From an uncultured Lachnospiraceae bacterium (GTDB taxonomy: Bacteria > Bacillota > Clostridia > Lachnospirales > Lachnospiraceae): a stretch of 34,679 bases of DNA. The translations under genes and the position numbers were made by a program. The stretch's first letter is position 1; every line of letters begins with the position of its first letter. Positions 23,798 through 33,476 of the stretch are shown in pieces. A model generated the notes under the pieces. That model was not told where the DNA came from and made no database searches. It worked only from the letters and a program-made list of their open reading frames with translations. Location: assembly GCA_902803065.1 (NCBI GenBank), contig CADCOP010000076.1, positions 1-34,679 on the forward strand, written 5' to 3'.

Positions 23798-25672
23798 ATG
23801 AGAAAACTTGCTCTGAGTGATGAAATTCTCCTGAGTGTGGATAAGCCTGCGAGATACCTGGGCAATGAGATCAACGCGGTTTATAAGGATCCTTCCTCTG
23901 ACCCATCCATGATCCGCTTTGCCATGTGCTTCCCGGATGTATACGAGATCGGAATGTCCCATCTGGGCATTCAGATCCTGTATGATATGTTTAACCGGAG
24001 AGATGACGTATGGTGTGAAAGGGTATATTCGCCCTGGACAGACCTTGACAGGCTGATGCGTAAAAACAGCATTCCCCTTTTTGCTCTTGAATCACAGGAT
24101 CCGGTCAGGGATTTTGATTTTCTCGGAATCACACTGCAGTATGAAATGTGCTATTCAAATGTCCTTCAGGTGCTGGATCTTTCCGGTATTCCGCTCAAGG
24201 CTTCAGAGCGCGGTGAAGGATGTCCTGTCGTGATCGGCGGCGGTCCCTGTACATACAATCCGGAGCCTCTGGCTGATTTTTTCGATATGTTTTACATTGG
24301 CGAGGGCGAGGTCGTTTACGATGAGCTCCTTGACCTGTACAAAGATATGAAGAAAGCAGGGCGTTCAAGAGGGGAATTTCTTCATGAAGCAGCAAAGATC
24401 CCCGGCATCTATGTTCCTTCCCTCTATTCCGTAACCTACGGGGAAGACGGAACGATCAGCTCCTTTACCGCAAAGTATGAGGACATCCCGCAGACGATCC
24501 GCAAGCAGATCGTCATGGATCTTGATTCCGCGCCGTATCCTGAAAAACCGCTGGTTCCGTTTATCAAGGTAACTCAGGACAGGGTCGTTCTTGAGATTCA
24601 GAGAGGCTGCATCCGCGGCTGCCGCTTCTGTCAGGCCGGAATGCTGTACCGTCCGACCAGGGAGAGAGACGTAGAAAAGCTGAAAAAATACGCCAGTGAG
24701 ATGCTGCGCTCCACGGGACACGAAGAGATATCACTCAGTTCACTCAGCTCCAGTGATTATTCCTGTCTCAGGGAGATCGTTGAATACCTGATTGATGAGT
24801 TTAAAAACCAGAATATCAACATATCACTTCCGTCGCTTCGTATAGACGCATTTTCGCTTGATGTCATGAGCCGCGTTCAGGATGTACGCAAGAGCAGCCT
24901 GACTTTTGCCCCCGAGGCTGGTTCCCAGCGTATGCGTGATGTGATCAATAAAGGCCTGACGGAAGAGGTCATTTTAAACGGAGCCGCAGAGGCGTTTCAC
25001 GGAGGCTGGAATAAGGTCAAGCTGTATTTCATGCTGGGCCTTCCCACAGAAACAGATGAAGACCGCAGGGCGATCGCTCATCTGGCGAATGAGATCGCCG
25101 TACGCTATTACGAGGAAATACCCAAAGAAAAGAGAAACGGGAAATGCCAGATCACCGTGAGCACTTCTTTCTTTGTCCCTAAGCCATTTACACCTTTCCA
25201 GTGGGCTCCGATGTTCAGACCCGGAGATTATCTGGGCTTTGCGTCAACAGTCAACCATGAGATCCACGACATGCTCAACCATAAGAGCATCCGCTATAAC
25301 TGGCATGAAGCGGATGAAACGGTTCTCGAGGGCTTCCTGGCCCGCGGTGACCGCCGCTGCTCCGAAGTGATCCTGGAAGCGTACAGGAGGGGCGCGCTTT
25401 TTGACGCGTGGACAGAATGCGCTGATACGAAGCGCTGGTTTGACGCAATTGAGGCTACAGGCACCGATCTTGAATTCTATACGCTCCGGGAGCGGAGCGG
25501 GGATGAGATCCTTCCCTGGGATTTTATTGACATAGGAGTATCAAAAAGCTTCCTTCTCCGCGAGTGGGACAGAGCAAGGGAAGGCGTCGTAACGCCTAAC
25601 TGCAGGCAGCGCTGCAGCGGCTGCGGAGCAAGAGTATTCGGAGGAGGCGTGTGCTATGAAGGTCAGAATTAA
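23798..25672 (+). CDS. Radical SAM protein with an N-terminal B12-binding-like domain (TIGR03960-type, uncharacterised)
   Basis: KPARYLGNEIN N-terminus, CxxxCxxC in RGCIRGCRFCQAG, 624 aa, and an immediately following or overlapping DUF2344-type partner gene. Confidence 0.85.
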   Translation: MRKLALSDEILLSVDKPARYLGNEINAVYKDPSSDPSMIRFAMCFPDVYEIGMSHLGIQILYDMFNRRDDVWCERVYSPWTDLDRLMRKNSIPLFALESQDPVRDFDFLGITLQYEMCYSNVLQVLDLSGIPLKASERGEGCPVVIGGGPCTYNPEPLADFFDMFYIGEGEVVYDELLDLYKDMKKAGRSRGEFLHEAAKIPGIYVPSLYSVTYGEDGTISSFTAKYEDIPQTIRKQIVMDLDSAPYPEKPLVPFIKVTQDRVVLEIQRGCIRGCRFCQAGMLYRPTRERDVEKLKKYASEMLRSTGHEEISLSSLSSSDYSCLREIVEYLIDEFKNQNINISLPSLRIDAFSLDVMSRVQDVRKSSLTFAPEAGSQRMRDVINKGLTEEVILNGAAEAFHGGWNKVKLYFMLGLPTETDEDRRAIAHLANEIAVRYYEEIPKEKRNGKCQITVSTSFFVPKPFTPFQWAPMFRPGDYLGFASTVNHEIHDMLNHKSIRYNWHEADETVLEGFLARGDRRCSEVILEAYRRGALFDAWTECADTKRWFDAIEATGTDLEFYTLRERSGDEILPWDFIDIGVSKSFLLREWDRAREGVVTPNCRQRCSGCGARVFGGGVCYEGQN

Positions 25673-26363
25673 ATTCTCCAAATACGGGGAAATGAAATAT
25701 ATAGGACACCTTGATGTGATGCGCTATTTCCAGAAGGCAATGCGCAGGGCCCGGATCGATATTGCGTATTCGGAGGGCATGAGCCCGCACATGATCATGT
25801 CATTCGCGTCGCCGCTGGGCGTCGGACTGACAAGCTCCGGCGAATATATGGATATTGAAGTACGCACGCCGCTCTCATCAGAGGAGATGTGTTCAAGACT
25901 GAATGCAGTCATGACTGATGGAGTAACGATCCTTGACTGCAGACAGGTCCCGCAGGGGAAGGCTTCAAACGCCATGTCGCTTGTGGCAGCCGCGGATTAC
26001 GAAATGTCCCTGAATGAAGCAAGGCAGGGCGCCGTCTGGCCGGACTGGCTGGAAGAATTTCTGAGCCGGGAGAGCATACAGGTGCTCAAAAAGACGAAAA
26101 AAGGCGAGCGGATGGTGGACATCCGTCCTCTGATCTATAAATACAGCATAAATGACAGAAGCCTGTCGGTCATGGTATCCGCAGGGAGCGAAGAAAACCT
26201 GCGGCCGGAAATGATCCTGGCAGCCTGCATGGAATATAAAGGCAGAGATTATGATCCCTTTGCATTCCGGATCCACAGAAAAGAGCTTTACGCCCGCACG
26301 GAGGGAGACGGGGAGAAAAGATTTGTGTCCCTGAACGACCTGGGCACACCGATCGTTATATAA
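25656..26363 (+). CDS. Radical-SAM-linked protein (DUF2344 / TIGR03936-type)
   Basis: MKVRIKFSKYGEMKYIGHLDVMRYFQKAMRRA is characteristic of this family. GGAGGAGG RBS 8 nt upstream. 17-nt overlap with the radical SAM gene. Confidence 0.85.
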   Translation: MKVRIKFSKYGEMKYIGHLDVMRYFQKAMRRARIDIAYSEGMSPHMIMSFASPLGVGLTSSGEYMDIEVRTPLSSEEMCSRLNAVMTDGVTILDCRQVPQGKASNAMSLVAAADYEMSLNEARQGAVWPDWLEEFLSRESIQVLKKTKKGERMVDIRPLIYKYSINDRSLSVMVSAGSEENLRPEMILAACMEYKGRDYDPFAFRIHRKELYARTEGDGEKRFVSLNDLGTPIVI

Positions 26364-26384
26364 AACGGAACAGGAGTCCTTCGT

Positions 26385-27587
26385 ATGAACAGATATATAC
26401 TTGACCGCAATGGACAGTTCACTTTTTCGTTTCTGATCGATACCGAGAGCTTCGCGGCTGTTGAAATACATGCTGACAGGGAGGCTTCGCCATACGCGGC
26501 AGGAAATATTTTTACCGGCAGGGTCTCAAATGTTGCCTGGGGCATACGGGCAGCCTTTGTGGACATACGACCGGGCGTTACGTGCTACCTCCCGCTGGAT
26601 TCACTCCAGAACCCTGTGTACACAAAAAAAGGATCATCTCCGGATATTCAGCAGGGAGATGAGCTGCTTGTGCAGATCGTCAGGGAAGCCATGGGGAGCA
26701 AAGGCCCGTCTCTGAGCACAGACCTTACGCTGCAGTATCCCCTCGTCGTAGTCCATCATACCGCCGGACATTCCGGGGTATCAAAAAAGATCCCCGCGCC
26801 GCGCAGAAATGAACTGAAAGTTCTCTCAATGTCTCTGCGGCAGGATGACTGCTCCTTTACGATCCGTACCCGCGCGGCCCTGGCGGATGATGAAGAGATT
26901 ATTGCGCAGGCACGGGAAGGAGCGCAGCAGATGCGTGATATGATCCGCAGGGCAGCTCATCTGACTGTTTACTCACACCTGAACCCGCAGGGGCCTCCGT
27001 TTCTCGGACGGCTTTCCGGTCTGGATCCATCCACGGTTTCAGAGATCGTTACTGAAGACGCGGAAATGGCGGAGAGAGCGCGCTCTGTTACGGATATTCC
27101 GGTCAGGCTCTACAGTGATCCTCTGCTGCCTCTGAGAAAACTGTATTCCCTGGAGTCCATCCTGTCGAAAGCGCTTGCGGAAAGAGTGTATCTTCAGTCC
27201 GGAGCTTTTCTTGTTATTCAGGCAACTGAGGCGCTTACCGCGATCGATGTGAATTCCGGCAAGTCTGACATTACCGGAAAACGCGGAAGGGATACGAAAG
27301 AGAAAACCGTTCTTAAGATCAATCTCGAAGCGGCGCGTGAGTGCATGAGACAGCTGCGGCTCAGGAATATCTCAGGAATGATCCTCATAGATTTTATCAA
27401 TATGGAAGACAGATCGTCCGAGGATGAACTGATGGAGTGCCTGCGGACGCTTGCATCCCGCGACTGCGTTCCGTGCATGGTCGTCGATATGACAAAACTG
27501 GGTCTTGTAGAGATCACAAGAAAGAAGAAAGAGAGACCTCTGCAGATGATTCTCACAGGCGGAAAGGATCCGGCAGAAGATTTCTGA
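26385..27587 (+). CDS. rng: Rne/Rng-family ribonuclease (RNase G-like, short form)
   Basis: S1 domain GNIFTGRVSNVAWGIRAAFVDI, catalytic region TAIDVNSGK, and GMILIDFI. 400 aa. Confidence 0.88.
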   Translation: MNRYILDRNGQFTFSFLIDTESFAAVEIHADREASPYAAGNIFTGRVSNVAWGIRAAFVDIRPGVTCYLPLDSLQNPVYTKKGSSPDIQQGDELLVQIVREAMGSKGPSLSTDLTLQYPLVVVHHTAGHSGVSKKIPAPRRNELKVLSMSLRQDDCSFTIRTRAALADDEEIIAQAREGAQQMRDMIRRAAHLTVYSHLNPQGPPFLGRLSGLDPSTVSEIVTEDAEMAERARSVTDIPVRLYSDPLLPLRKLYSLESILSKALAERVYLQSGAFLVIQATEALTAIDVNSGKSDITGKRGRDTKEKTVLKINLEAARECMRQLRLRNISGMILIDFINMEDRSSEDELMECLRTLASRDCVPCMVVDMTKLGLVEITRKKKERPLQMILTGGKDPAEDF

Positions 27588-27600
27588 CCGATTGCGTCAT

Positions 27601-27629
27601 TGACTTTAATTATGCTCAGTTTTATAATT
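27601..27629 (+). promoter_or_regulatory. Candidate SigA promoter of rex
   Basis: TTGACT (27601-27606), 17-nt spacer, TATAAT (27624-27629). Confidence 0.6.
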
Positions 27630-27664
27630 ATGTTAGTGTGTCGATAAAAGTGAGGTTTTGGAAC

Positions 27665-28306
27665 ATGGATGAGCATAATATCTCAAAAGCCGTTATTCGG
27701 AGACTTCCCCGCTATCACAGATATCTCGGTTATCTGATCGATGAAAAGGTGGAAAGGATCTCTTCAAATGAACTGAGCCGCCGCATGAAGGTCACGGCAT
27801 CCCAGATCCGGCAGGATCTCAATAATTTTGGCGGTTTTGGCCAGCAGGGCTATGGATACAACGTAAAATATCTCTACCAGGAGATCGGCAAGATCCTGGG
27901 CCTTGACAAGACCTATTCCATGATCGTTATCGGTTCAGGCAATCTGGGACAGGCGATCGCGAATTATGTCAAGTTTGAAAAAAGAGGTATGCATGTGATT
28001 GGTCTTTTTGACTGCAATGAAGCTCTTAAGGGGAAACTTGTAAGAGATATTCCGATCCGCATGATCGATGAACTGCCGGAATTCCTGCAGAATAACAAGG
28101 TGGATATAGCGACGCTTACGCTGCCGAAGGCAGGCGCTGAGGCTGTTGCCGGTGTGATCGTTGAGAACGGAGTCCGGGCTATCTGGAATTTCGCCCATAC
28201 GGATCTGGAACTTCCGGATGATGTGATCGTGGAGAACGTGCATTTATCAGAAAGTCTGATGCAGCTGACTTACAAGATCAATCATTCTGCAGCGGACAGA
28301 GAGTGA
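27665..28306 (+). CDS. rex: Redox-sensing transcriptional repressor Rex
   Basis: ISKAVIRRLPRYHRYL wHTH, SS.ELS..(M/L)KVTASQIRQDL, and Rossmann motif VIGSGNLGQA. The start at ATG 27665 follows GTGAGG. The longer track ORF overlaps rng and is rejected. Confidence 0.93.
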   Translation: MDEHNISKAVIRRLPRYHRYLGYLIDEKVERISSNELSRRMKVTASQIRQDLNNFGGFGQQGYGYNVKYLYQEIGKILGLDKTYSMIVIGSGNLGQAIANYVKFEKRGMHVIGLFDCNEALKGKLVRDIPIRMIDELPEFLQNNKVDIATLTLPKAGAEAVAGVIVENGVRAIWNFAHTDLELPDDVIVENVHLSESLMQLTYKINHSAADRE

Positions 28307-28329
28307 GAGGCAATAATAGCGACAGGTAT

Positions 28330-28372
28330 ATGAACTTCTGCGCAGAGTGCTGCGTGGAAGTTCATCTTATTA
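28330..28372 (+). terminator. Probable intrinsic terminator after rex
   Basis: atgaacttctgcgcag (28330-28345), loop agtg, ctgcgtggaagttcat (28350-28365): a 16-bp stem with a 2-nt internal mismatch, followed by cttattat. Confidence 0.5.
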
Positions 28373-28424
28373 TGAGCGGCGGACGGATCGTACATTCCGC
28401 CGGAACAAAGGATGGGATTACAGT

Positions 28425-29552
28425 ATGGGAAACAGCAGGGTCTGCGCCAGAATCAGCCTGGATGCTGTCAGGCATAATTTCAGTGTTATGCGAAGTCATA
28501 TGCGCCCGGATACAAAGGTCTGCGCAGTGGTTAAAACAGATGCCTACGGGCACGGTGCTTATGAGATCGCTTCCATGCTTGAGAAGGAGGAATGGATCTG
28601 GGGATTTGCCGTGGCGACGGCAGACGAGGGCATAAGCCTTCGGGAGAAGGGAATCACAAAGCCTGTTCTGGTGCTGGGATTTACTTTCCGGGAAGATTAT
28701 GAGGCAATGGCTGCTCTTGGCATCCGGCCGGCTGTGTTCCGCCTGGATATGGCAAAAGAGCTTTCCGAAGCCGCGCTCCGGACCGGAACGGTTCTTCCCG
28801 TTCACATTGCCATTGACACGGGCATGACAAGGATCGGGCTTTTTCCGGGGGAGGATGCGCTTCGTATCATATCATCGATCGCTTCTCTTCCGGGTATTTG
28901 TGTGGAGGGAATCTTTACGCATTTCGCCAGGGCGGACGAAGAGGATAAAAGCTGTCTTAAGGAAGCGTTCGGGAAATTTACAGGGTTCTGTGATGTACTC
29001 TCCCGCGAAGGGATCACAGTACCCATCCGGCACTGCTCCAACAGCGCCTGCATCCTTGAATATCCGGATGCGCACATGGACATGGTCAGAGCGGGGATCA
29101 CGATGTACGGGATCTATCCTTCCGATGAAGTAGCCAGGACTCAGCCGGAGCTAATGCCAGTTATGGAGCTTAAAAGCCACATTGCTGCGATACGCGAGGT
29201 CCCTGCGGGGACACCGGTCAGCTATGGCGGCACATTTGTGACAGACCGGGTCACGAGAGTCGCAACGATTCCCGTAGGCTACGGCGACGGTTATCCGCGT
29301 TCCCTCAGTTCAAAAGGCTGTGTGCTGATCGAAGGAAAAAGGGCGCCGGTGATCGGCAGAGTATGCATGGATCAGTTCATGGTCGATGTGACCGATATCC
29401 CGGCTCATGAGCTCCAGGAAGTGACACTGATGGGCATGGATCACGGCAGCTGCCTCTCCGTCTATGAACTGTCCGCTCTTTCCGGCCGTTTTCCATATGA
29501 GTTCGTATGTGATATAGGCAAAAGAGTGCCCCGTGAATATGCCAATTCTTGA
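28425..29552 (+). CDS. alr: Alanine racemase
   Basis: PLP-lysine motif AVVKTDAYGHGA, and PVSYGG and GYGDGYPR motifs. The ATG at 28425 gives a canonical N-terminus and about 375 aa. Confidence 0.93.
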   Translation: MGNSRVCARISLDAVRHNFSVMRSHMRPDTKVCAVVKTDAYGHGAYEIASMLEKEEWIWGFAVATADEGISLREKGITKPVLVLGFTFREDYEAMAALGIRPAVFRLDMAKELSEAALRTGTVLPVHIAIDTGMTRIGLFPGEDALRIISSIASLPGICVEGIFTHFARADEEDKSCLKEAFGKFTGFCDVLSREGITVPIRHCSNSACILEYPDAHMDMVRAGITMYGIYPSDEVARTQPELMPVMELKSHIAAIREVPAGTPVSYGGTFVTDRVTRVATIPVGYGDGYPRSLSSKGCVLIEGKRAPVIGRVCMDQFMVDVTDIPAHELQEVTLMGMDHGSCLSVYELSALSGRFPYEFVCDIGKRVPREYANS

Positions 29553-29615
29553 CGAACGAAGTAGAAGATGTTATATTTTTCATGTTTATGGATATTCTGA
29601 GGTGATATAAATTAT

Positions 29616-30941
29616 ATGGACAGTAGTGATATACCGCTTGCCCAGATCGTGGTGCTGGTAATTCTGTTGGTACTGAATATGATTCTGGCCTGTTATGACG
29701 CTGCGCTGCAGAGTGTCCCGGATGTTTTCCTGGATGACAGGGAAGAGGGGGGTGACAGCAGGGCGGCCGATATTCATGCGTTCAAGGATCATCCGGACCA
29801 GCTGGTCCACGCAGGCTGGCTGTACCTGATCCTCAGCGCGGTACCGGCAGTATTCGTATGTCTTGAGTACACGCTCTACAGAAGGTGGATCGCGGTGATC
29901 TGCGTTCTTATTGCCATGTATCTTTTCGGAAGGGCCCTGCCCGCGATTCTCGGAAAGTATTATGCGAAGAAGATCTGCTTTTCACTGTATCTTCCGGCAA
30001 GGTTTCTGTCGCTGGCCGTCTATCCGGTCACATGGATCCTTTCCCAGATCTCGTTTCTGATCGTCAGGGTGTTCGGCATACGCAGAAGCGACCTGGAGGA
30101 GGAAGTCACGGAAGATGAGATCCTCTCCATGGTCAATGAAGGCCACGAGCAGGGTGTCCTCGATGAGCATGAAGCTGAAATGATCCGCAATGTGTTCGAG
30201 CTTGACGAAAAGGAAGCGAAGGACATTATGACCCACCGCAGGAATATTGCGGCGATCAGCGCGCAGACCAGTCTTCATGATGCCATTTCCTACATGGTTA
30301 CGGAACCGAACTCCAGGTTTCCCGTATATGAGGATACCATCGACAACATCATAGGAATCCTTCATTTCCGTGACGCGATGATCTTTCATCACAGGAATGA
30401 ATACGATTCGTGGCTGATCCGTGATATACCGGATCTGCTCCGACCTGTCAGGTATATTCCCGAGACCAGAGGCATCAGCCTTCTGTTCAGAAACATGCAG
30501 GCGCAGAAGCTGCAGATGGTGATCGTGGTCGACGAATATGGCGGGACAGCAGGGCTGGTCACTATGGAAGACATACTGGAAGAGATCGTGGGCAACATTC
30601 TCGATGAGTACGACGAGGAGGAAAAAATGATCCTCGAGAGCGAGGATGGATCCTGGATGATGGCAGGTATGACACCGCTCGAAGATGTGGAGGAAACTCT
30701 TCATATTCACTTTGACGCGGATGACTATGATACGCTCAACGGCTATCTTGTATTCCGGCTGGATCACATACCCGAAGAAGGTGAGCATTCGGTCATTGAG
30801 GAACAGGGCTTCAGCTTCCGCATTGAGGAAGTGGAAAGCAAAACGATCCGCTGGGTCAGAGTCATGCGGAAGTCACCGGAGGATGAAACCGGGGAAAACC
30901 GGCAAGAAAATAAAGAAATCGAAGACAATAATAAGGAGTAA
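29616..30941 (+). CDS. CNNM/TlyC-family protein (DUF21 membrane domain + CBS pair + CorC/HlyC C-terminal domain)
   Basis: An N-terminal region with 4 TM segments, then GVLDEHEAEMIRNVFELDEKEAKDIMTHR, DEYGGTAGLVTMEDILEEIVG, and the C-terminal transporter-associated domain. Confidence 0.9.
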   Translation: MDSSDIPLAQIVVLVILLVLNMILACYDAALQSVPDVFLDDREEGGDSRAADIHAFKDHPDQLVHAGWLYLILSAVPAVFVCLEYTLYRRWIAVICVLIAMYLFGRALPAILGKYYAKKICFSLYLPARFLSLAVYPVTWILSQISFLIVRVFGIRRSDLEEEVTEDEILSMVNEGHEQGVLDEHEAEMIRNVFELDEKEAKDIMTHRRNIAAISAQTSLHDAISYMVTEPNSRFPVYEDTIDNIIGILHFRDAMIFHHRNEYDSWLIRDIPDLLRPVRYIPETRGISLLFRNMQAQKLQMVIVVDEYGGTAGLVTMEDILEEIVGNILDEYDEEEKMILESEDGSWMMAGMTPLEDVEETLHIHFDADDYDTLNGYLVFRLDHIPEEGEHSVIEEQGFSFRIEEVESKTIRWVRVMRKSPEDETGENRQENKEIEDNNKE

Positions 30942-30946
30942 CGGAT

Positions 30947-31675
30947 ATGTCTGGACATTCAAAATTTGCGAATATCAAGCATAAAAAAGAAAAGAATGAC
31001 GCGGCGAAGGGCAAGATCTTTACGATCATCGGAAGAGAGATAGCGATCGCGGTCAAGGAGGGCGGAGCAGATCCGGCCAACAACAGCAAGCTTCGTGATG
31101 TCATTGCGAAAGCAAAGGCCAACAACATGCCGAATGATACGATCGACCGCGGCATCAAAAAAGCTGCCGGAGACATCGGTTCTGTCAATTACGAGCGTGT
31201 CACCTATGAAGGCTACGGCCCGGGCGGAATAGCGATCATCGTAGAAGCTCTTACCGATAACAAGAACCGTACCGCAGCGAATGTCAGAAGCGCATTCACA
31301 AAGGGCGGTGGAAGCATTGGAACACAGGGCTGCGTGTCTTACATGTTTGATGAAAAAGGTCAGATCATTATCGACAAGGAAGAATGTGACATGGACGCCG
31401 ATGATCTGATGATGCTCGCGCTTGACGCCGGAGCTGAGGATTTCAGTGAGGAAGAGGACAGCTTTGAGATCCTTACTTCTCCGGATGATTTTTCAGCCGT
31501 TCGTTCCAGCCTTGAGGAACAGGGGATCCCCATGGCATCTGCCGATGTTACCATGATCCCGCAGAATTACGTGGAACTTACGGATGAAGCTGCTCTCGGT
31601 CAGCTTCAGAGAACGCTTGATCTTCTTGATGAAGATGACGATGTGCAGGCAGTGTTCACGAACCTGGCTGACTGA
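30947..31675 (+). CDS. yebC: YebC/PmpR-family DNA-binding transcriptional regulator
   Basis: MSGHSKFANIKHKKEKNDAAKGKIFT and YEGYGPGGIAIIVE are highly characteristic. Confidence 0.95.
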   Translation: MSGHSKFANIKHKKEKNDAAKGKIFTIIGREIAIAVKEGGADPANNSKLRDVIAKAKANNMPNDTIDRGIKKAAGDIGSVNYERVTYEGYGPGGIAIIVEALTDNKNRTAANVRSAFTKGGGSIGTQGCVSYMFDEKGQIIIDKEECDMDADDLMMLALDAGAEDFSEEEDSFEILTSPDDFSAVRSSLEEQGIPMASADVTMIPQNYVELTDEAALGQLQRTLDLLDEDDDVQAVFTNLAD

Positions 31676-31693
31676 TTGTTGGGGAAAAGATCT

Positions 31694-32458
31694 ATGGCAG
31701 GTTATCAGACTGCGTTTGAGAGCATGAAGGGGCTGGTCGCGCTGACCGAGAACCCCATGAAGTCATTTAATAAGAACACATACGCTCAGACATTCAATCA
31801 TGTGTATGAGCAGATGCTTCCTGCTTTTGACGCTATAGAAGAATTATATAAAAGCGTCGGCGAGCCGGACACAATGATCTCCAACATGGCTGCCGCTTTT
31901 GTGGATGAAGCGGTTTCCTGCGTCAGCAAGGGAAAAAACCGACGTGAGCAGGAAATGATCCAGATGAACCTGAACATGCAGCTGGCAGTTTATGTTTATC
32001 CTTCTATTCTCCATTACAGAGGGCAGTCATCCCAGCCTCTGGCGGATGCCATCGGAGTGCAGTGGAAAAAGGCTTTCCCGAAATCCAATGTGTCTCAGGC
32101 GACTGTGGACAGCATTCAGGATGGATTTAAGCGGAAATTCTGCTATATTACGACTGCTGTATGCAGGACATTCGGCAAGCCGGATGACTGCTATGAGCTT
32201 TCCCTGCTGCGCGATTACAGGGATGGATATCTTGCGTCGCAGGAGAACGGAGAGGAACTGATACGCATGTACTACGATCAGGCCCCTTCGATCGTCAAGC
32301 ATATTGACAGAAGGGATAATGCTTCTGAGATCTACAGAAGCATCTGGGATACCTATCTTTCTGAATGCATCGGAATGATTGAGAACGGCGAGCTGGAGAA
32401 TTGCCGTGATCTTTATATCCGGATGGTTGAGGATCTGAGAAAAGAGTACTTCTCCTGA
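31694..32458 (+). CDS. Hypothetical protein with a conserved-looking Cys-containing C-terminal module
   Basis: The ATG at 31694 follows GGGGA; the track start at 31676 is TTG directly abutting the yebC stop. The C-terminal half carries FCYITTAVCRTFGKPDDCYELSLLRDYRDGYL...YYDQAPSIV, a pattern I recall from uncharacterised bacterial proteins. I cannot assign a function. Confidence 0.7.
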   Translation: MAGYQTAFESMKGLVALTENPMKSFNKNTYAQTFNHVYEQMLPAFDAIEELYKSVGEPDTMISNMAAAFVDEAVSCVSKGKNRREQEMIQMNLNMQLAVYVYPSILHYRGQSSQPLADAIGVQWKKAFPKSNVSQATVDSIQDGFKRKFCYITTAVCRTFGKPDDCYELSLLRDYRDGYLASQENGEELIRMYYDQAPSIVKHIDRRDNASEIYRSIWDTYLSECIGMIENGELENCRDLYIRMVEDLRKEYFS

Positions 32459-32508
32459 TTTCCAGGGCAGTGTACTCATAACGCGGAGCAGTCCGCGGCA
32501 CCTATATT

Positions 32509-32566
32509 CGTCCGGAACTTGGCGGCGCATGCGCTGCTTGCTGAGGTCCGGACGTTATTCCGTATT
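32509..32566 (+). terminator. Hairpin followed by a T-rich tract (possible terminator, or a uppP leader structure)
   Basis: cgtccgga (32509-32516) pairs with tccggacg (32547-32554), enclosing a 30-nt region with the palindrome gcgcatgcgc, followed by ttattccgtattt. Confidence 0.35.
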
Positions 32567-32591
32567 TACGGGAATTCACAGGGAGACAAAT

Positions 32592-33470
32592 ATGACAATT
32601 TTACAATCCATTTTTCTCGGAATCATACAGGGGCTGACCGAGTTCCTGCCGGTAAGCAGCTCGGGACATCTGGCCATTTTCCAGAACATTTTCCATATCG
32701 ATACGGGAAGCAGTATTCTGTTTGACATTCTTCTTCATGTCGGAACACTGATTGTTGTCCTGATCGTCTATTGGAAGGACATCTGGAAACTGATCCTTGA
32801 ATTTTTCGGGATGGTCGCTGACATATTCCGCAACATCCGGATCTGGTTTGAAAACAGAAAGGCGATCACTCTGACGCCTTATAAAAATATTGTCGGTACG
32901 AATTACAGGAAATTTGTGGTTCTTCTGATCGTATCCACGATACCGACAGGAATCATAGGAGTGCTCGGAAAAAAACTGATCGCTGACGCGTCAGCCACGC
33001 TGATCATTCCCGGCATCTGTCTGATCATCACGGGTATTCTGCTCCTGATATCGGACAGGGCTGAAAACTGTACAAAGATCCCGAAGGACGTGACTTACAA
33101 AGAAGGCGTGATCATAGGAATTGCCCAGGGCTTTGCTACGCTTCCGGGGCTTTCCAGGTCCGGAACCACGATCACAGCCTGTCTGCTTTGCGGACTGAAC
33201 CGTTCCTTCGCGGTCAAGTATTCCTTCATCCTTTCCATTCCCGCGATTCTCGGCGCTGCTGTATTTGAGATCGGCGATGCCGCAGGTGAGACCATTACCG
33301 CAGGAATGGTCGGGACTTATCTGGCCGGCATGATCGCAGCGGCCATTGTCGGCTACATCTGTATCCGGACAATGCTTGTGATCGTCCGGAAACGCAAATT
33401 CAAATATTTTGCGTTTTACTGCTTCGCGGCAGGCATAGTATCAATCATTGGTCAATTCTTTATGAAGTGA
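32592..33470 (+). CDS. uppP: Undecaprenyl-diphosphate phosphatase
   Basis: ILQSIFLGIIQGLTEFLPVSSSGHL and PGLSRSGTTI motifs, with about 8 TM segments. GGGAG RBS precedes the ATG at 32592. Confidence 0.95.
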   Translation: MTILQSIFLGIIQGLTEFLPVSSSGHLAIFQNIFHIDTGSSILFDILLHVGTLIVVLIVYWKDIWKLILEFFGMVADIFRNIRIWFENRKAITLTPYKNIVGTNYRKFVVLLIVSTIPTGIIGVLGKKLIADASATLIIPGICLIITGILLLISDRAENCTKIPKDVTYKEGVIIGIAQGFATLPGLSRSGTTITACLLCGLNRSFAVKYSFILSIPAILGAAVFEIGDAAGETITAGMVGTYLAGMIAAAIVGYICIRTMLVIVRKRKFKYFAFYCFAAGIVSIIGQFFMK

Positions 33471-33476
33471 GGTATT

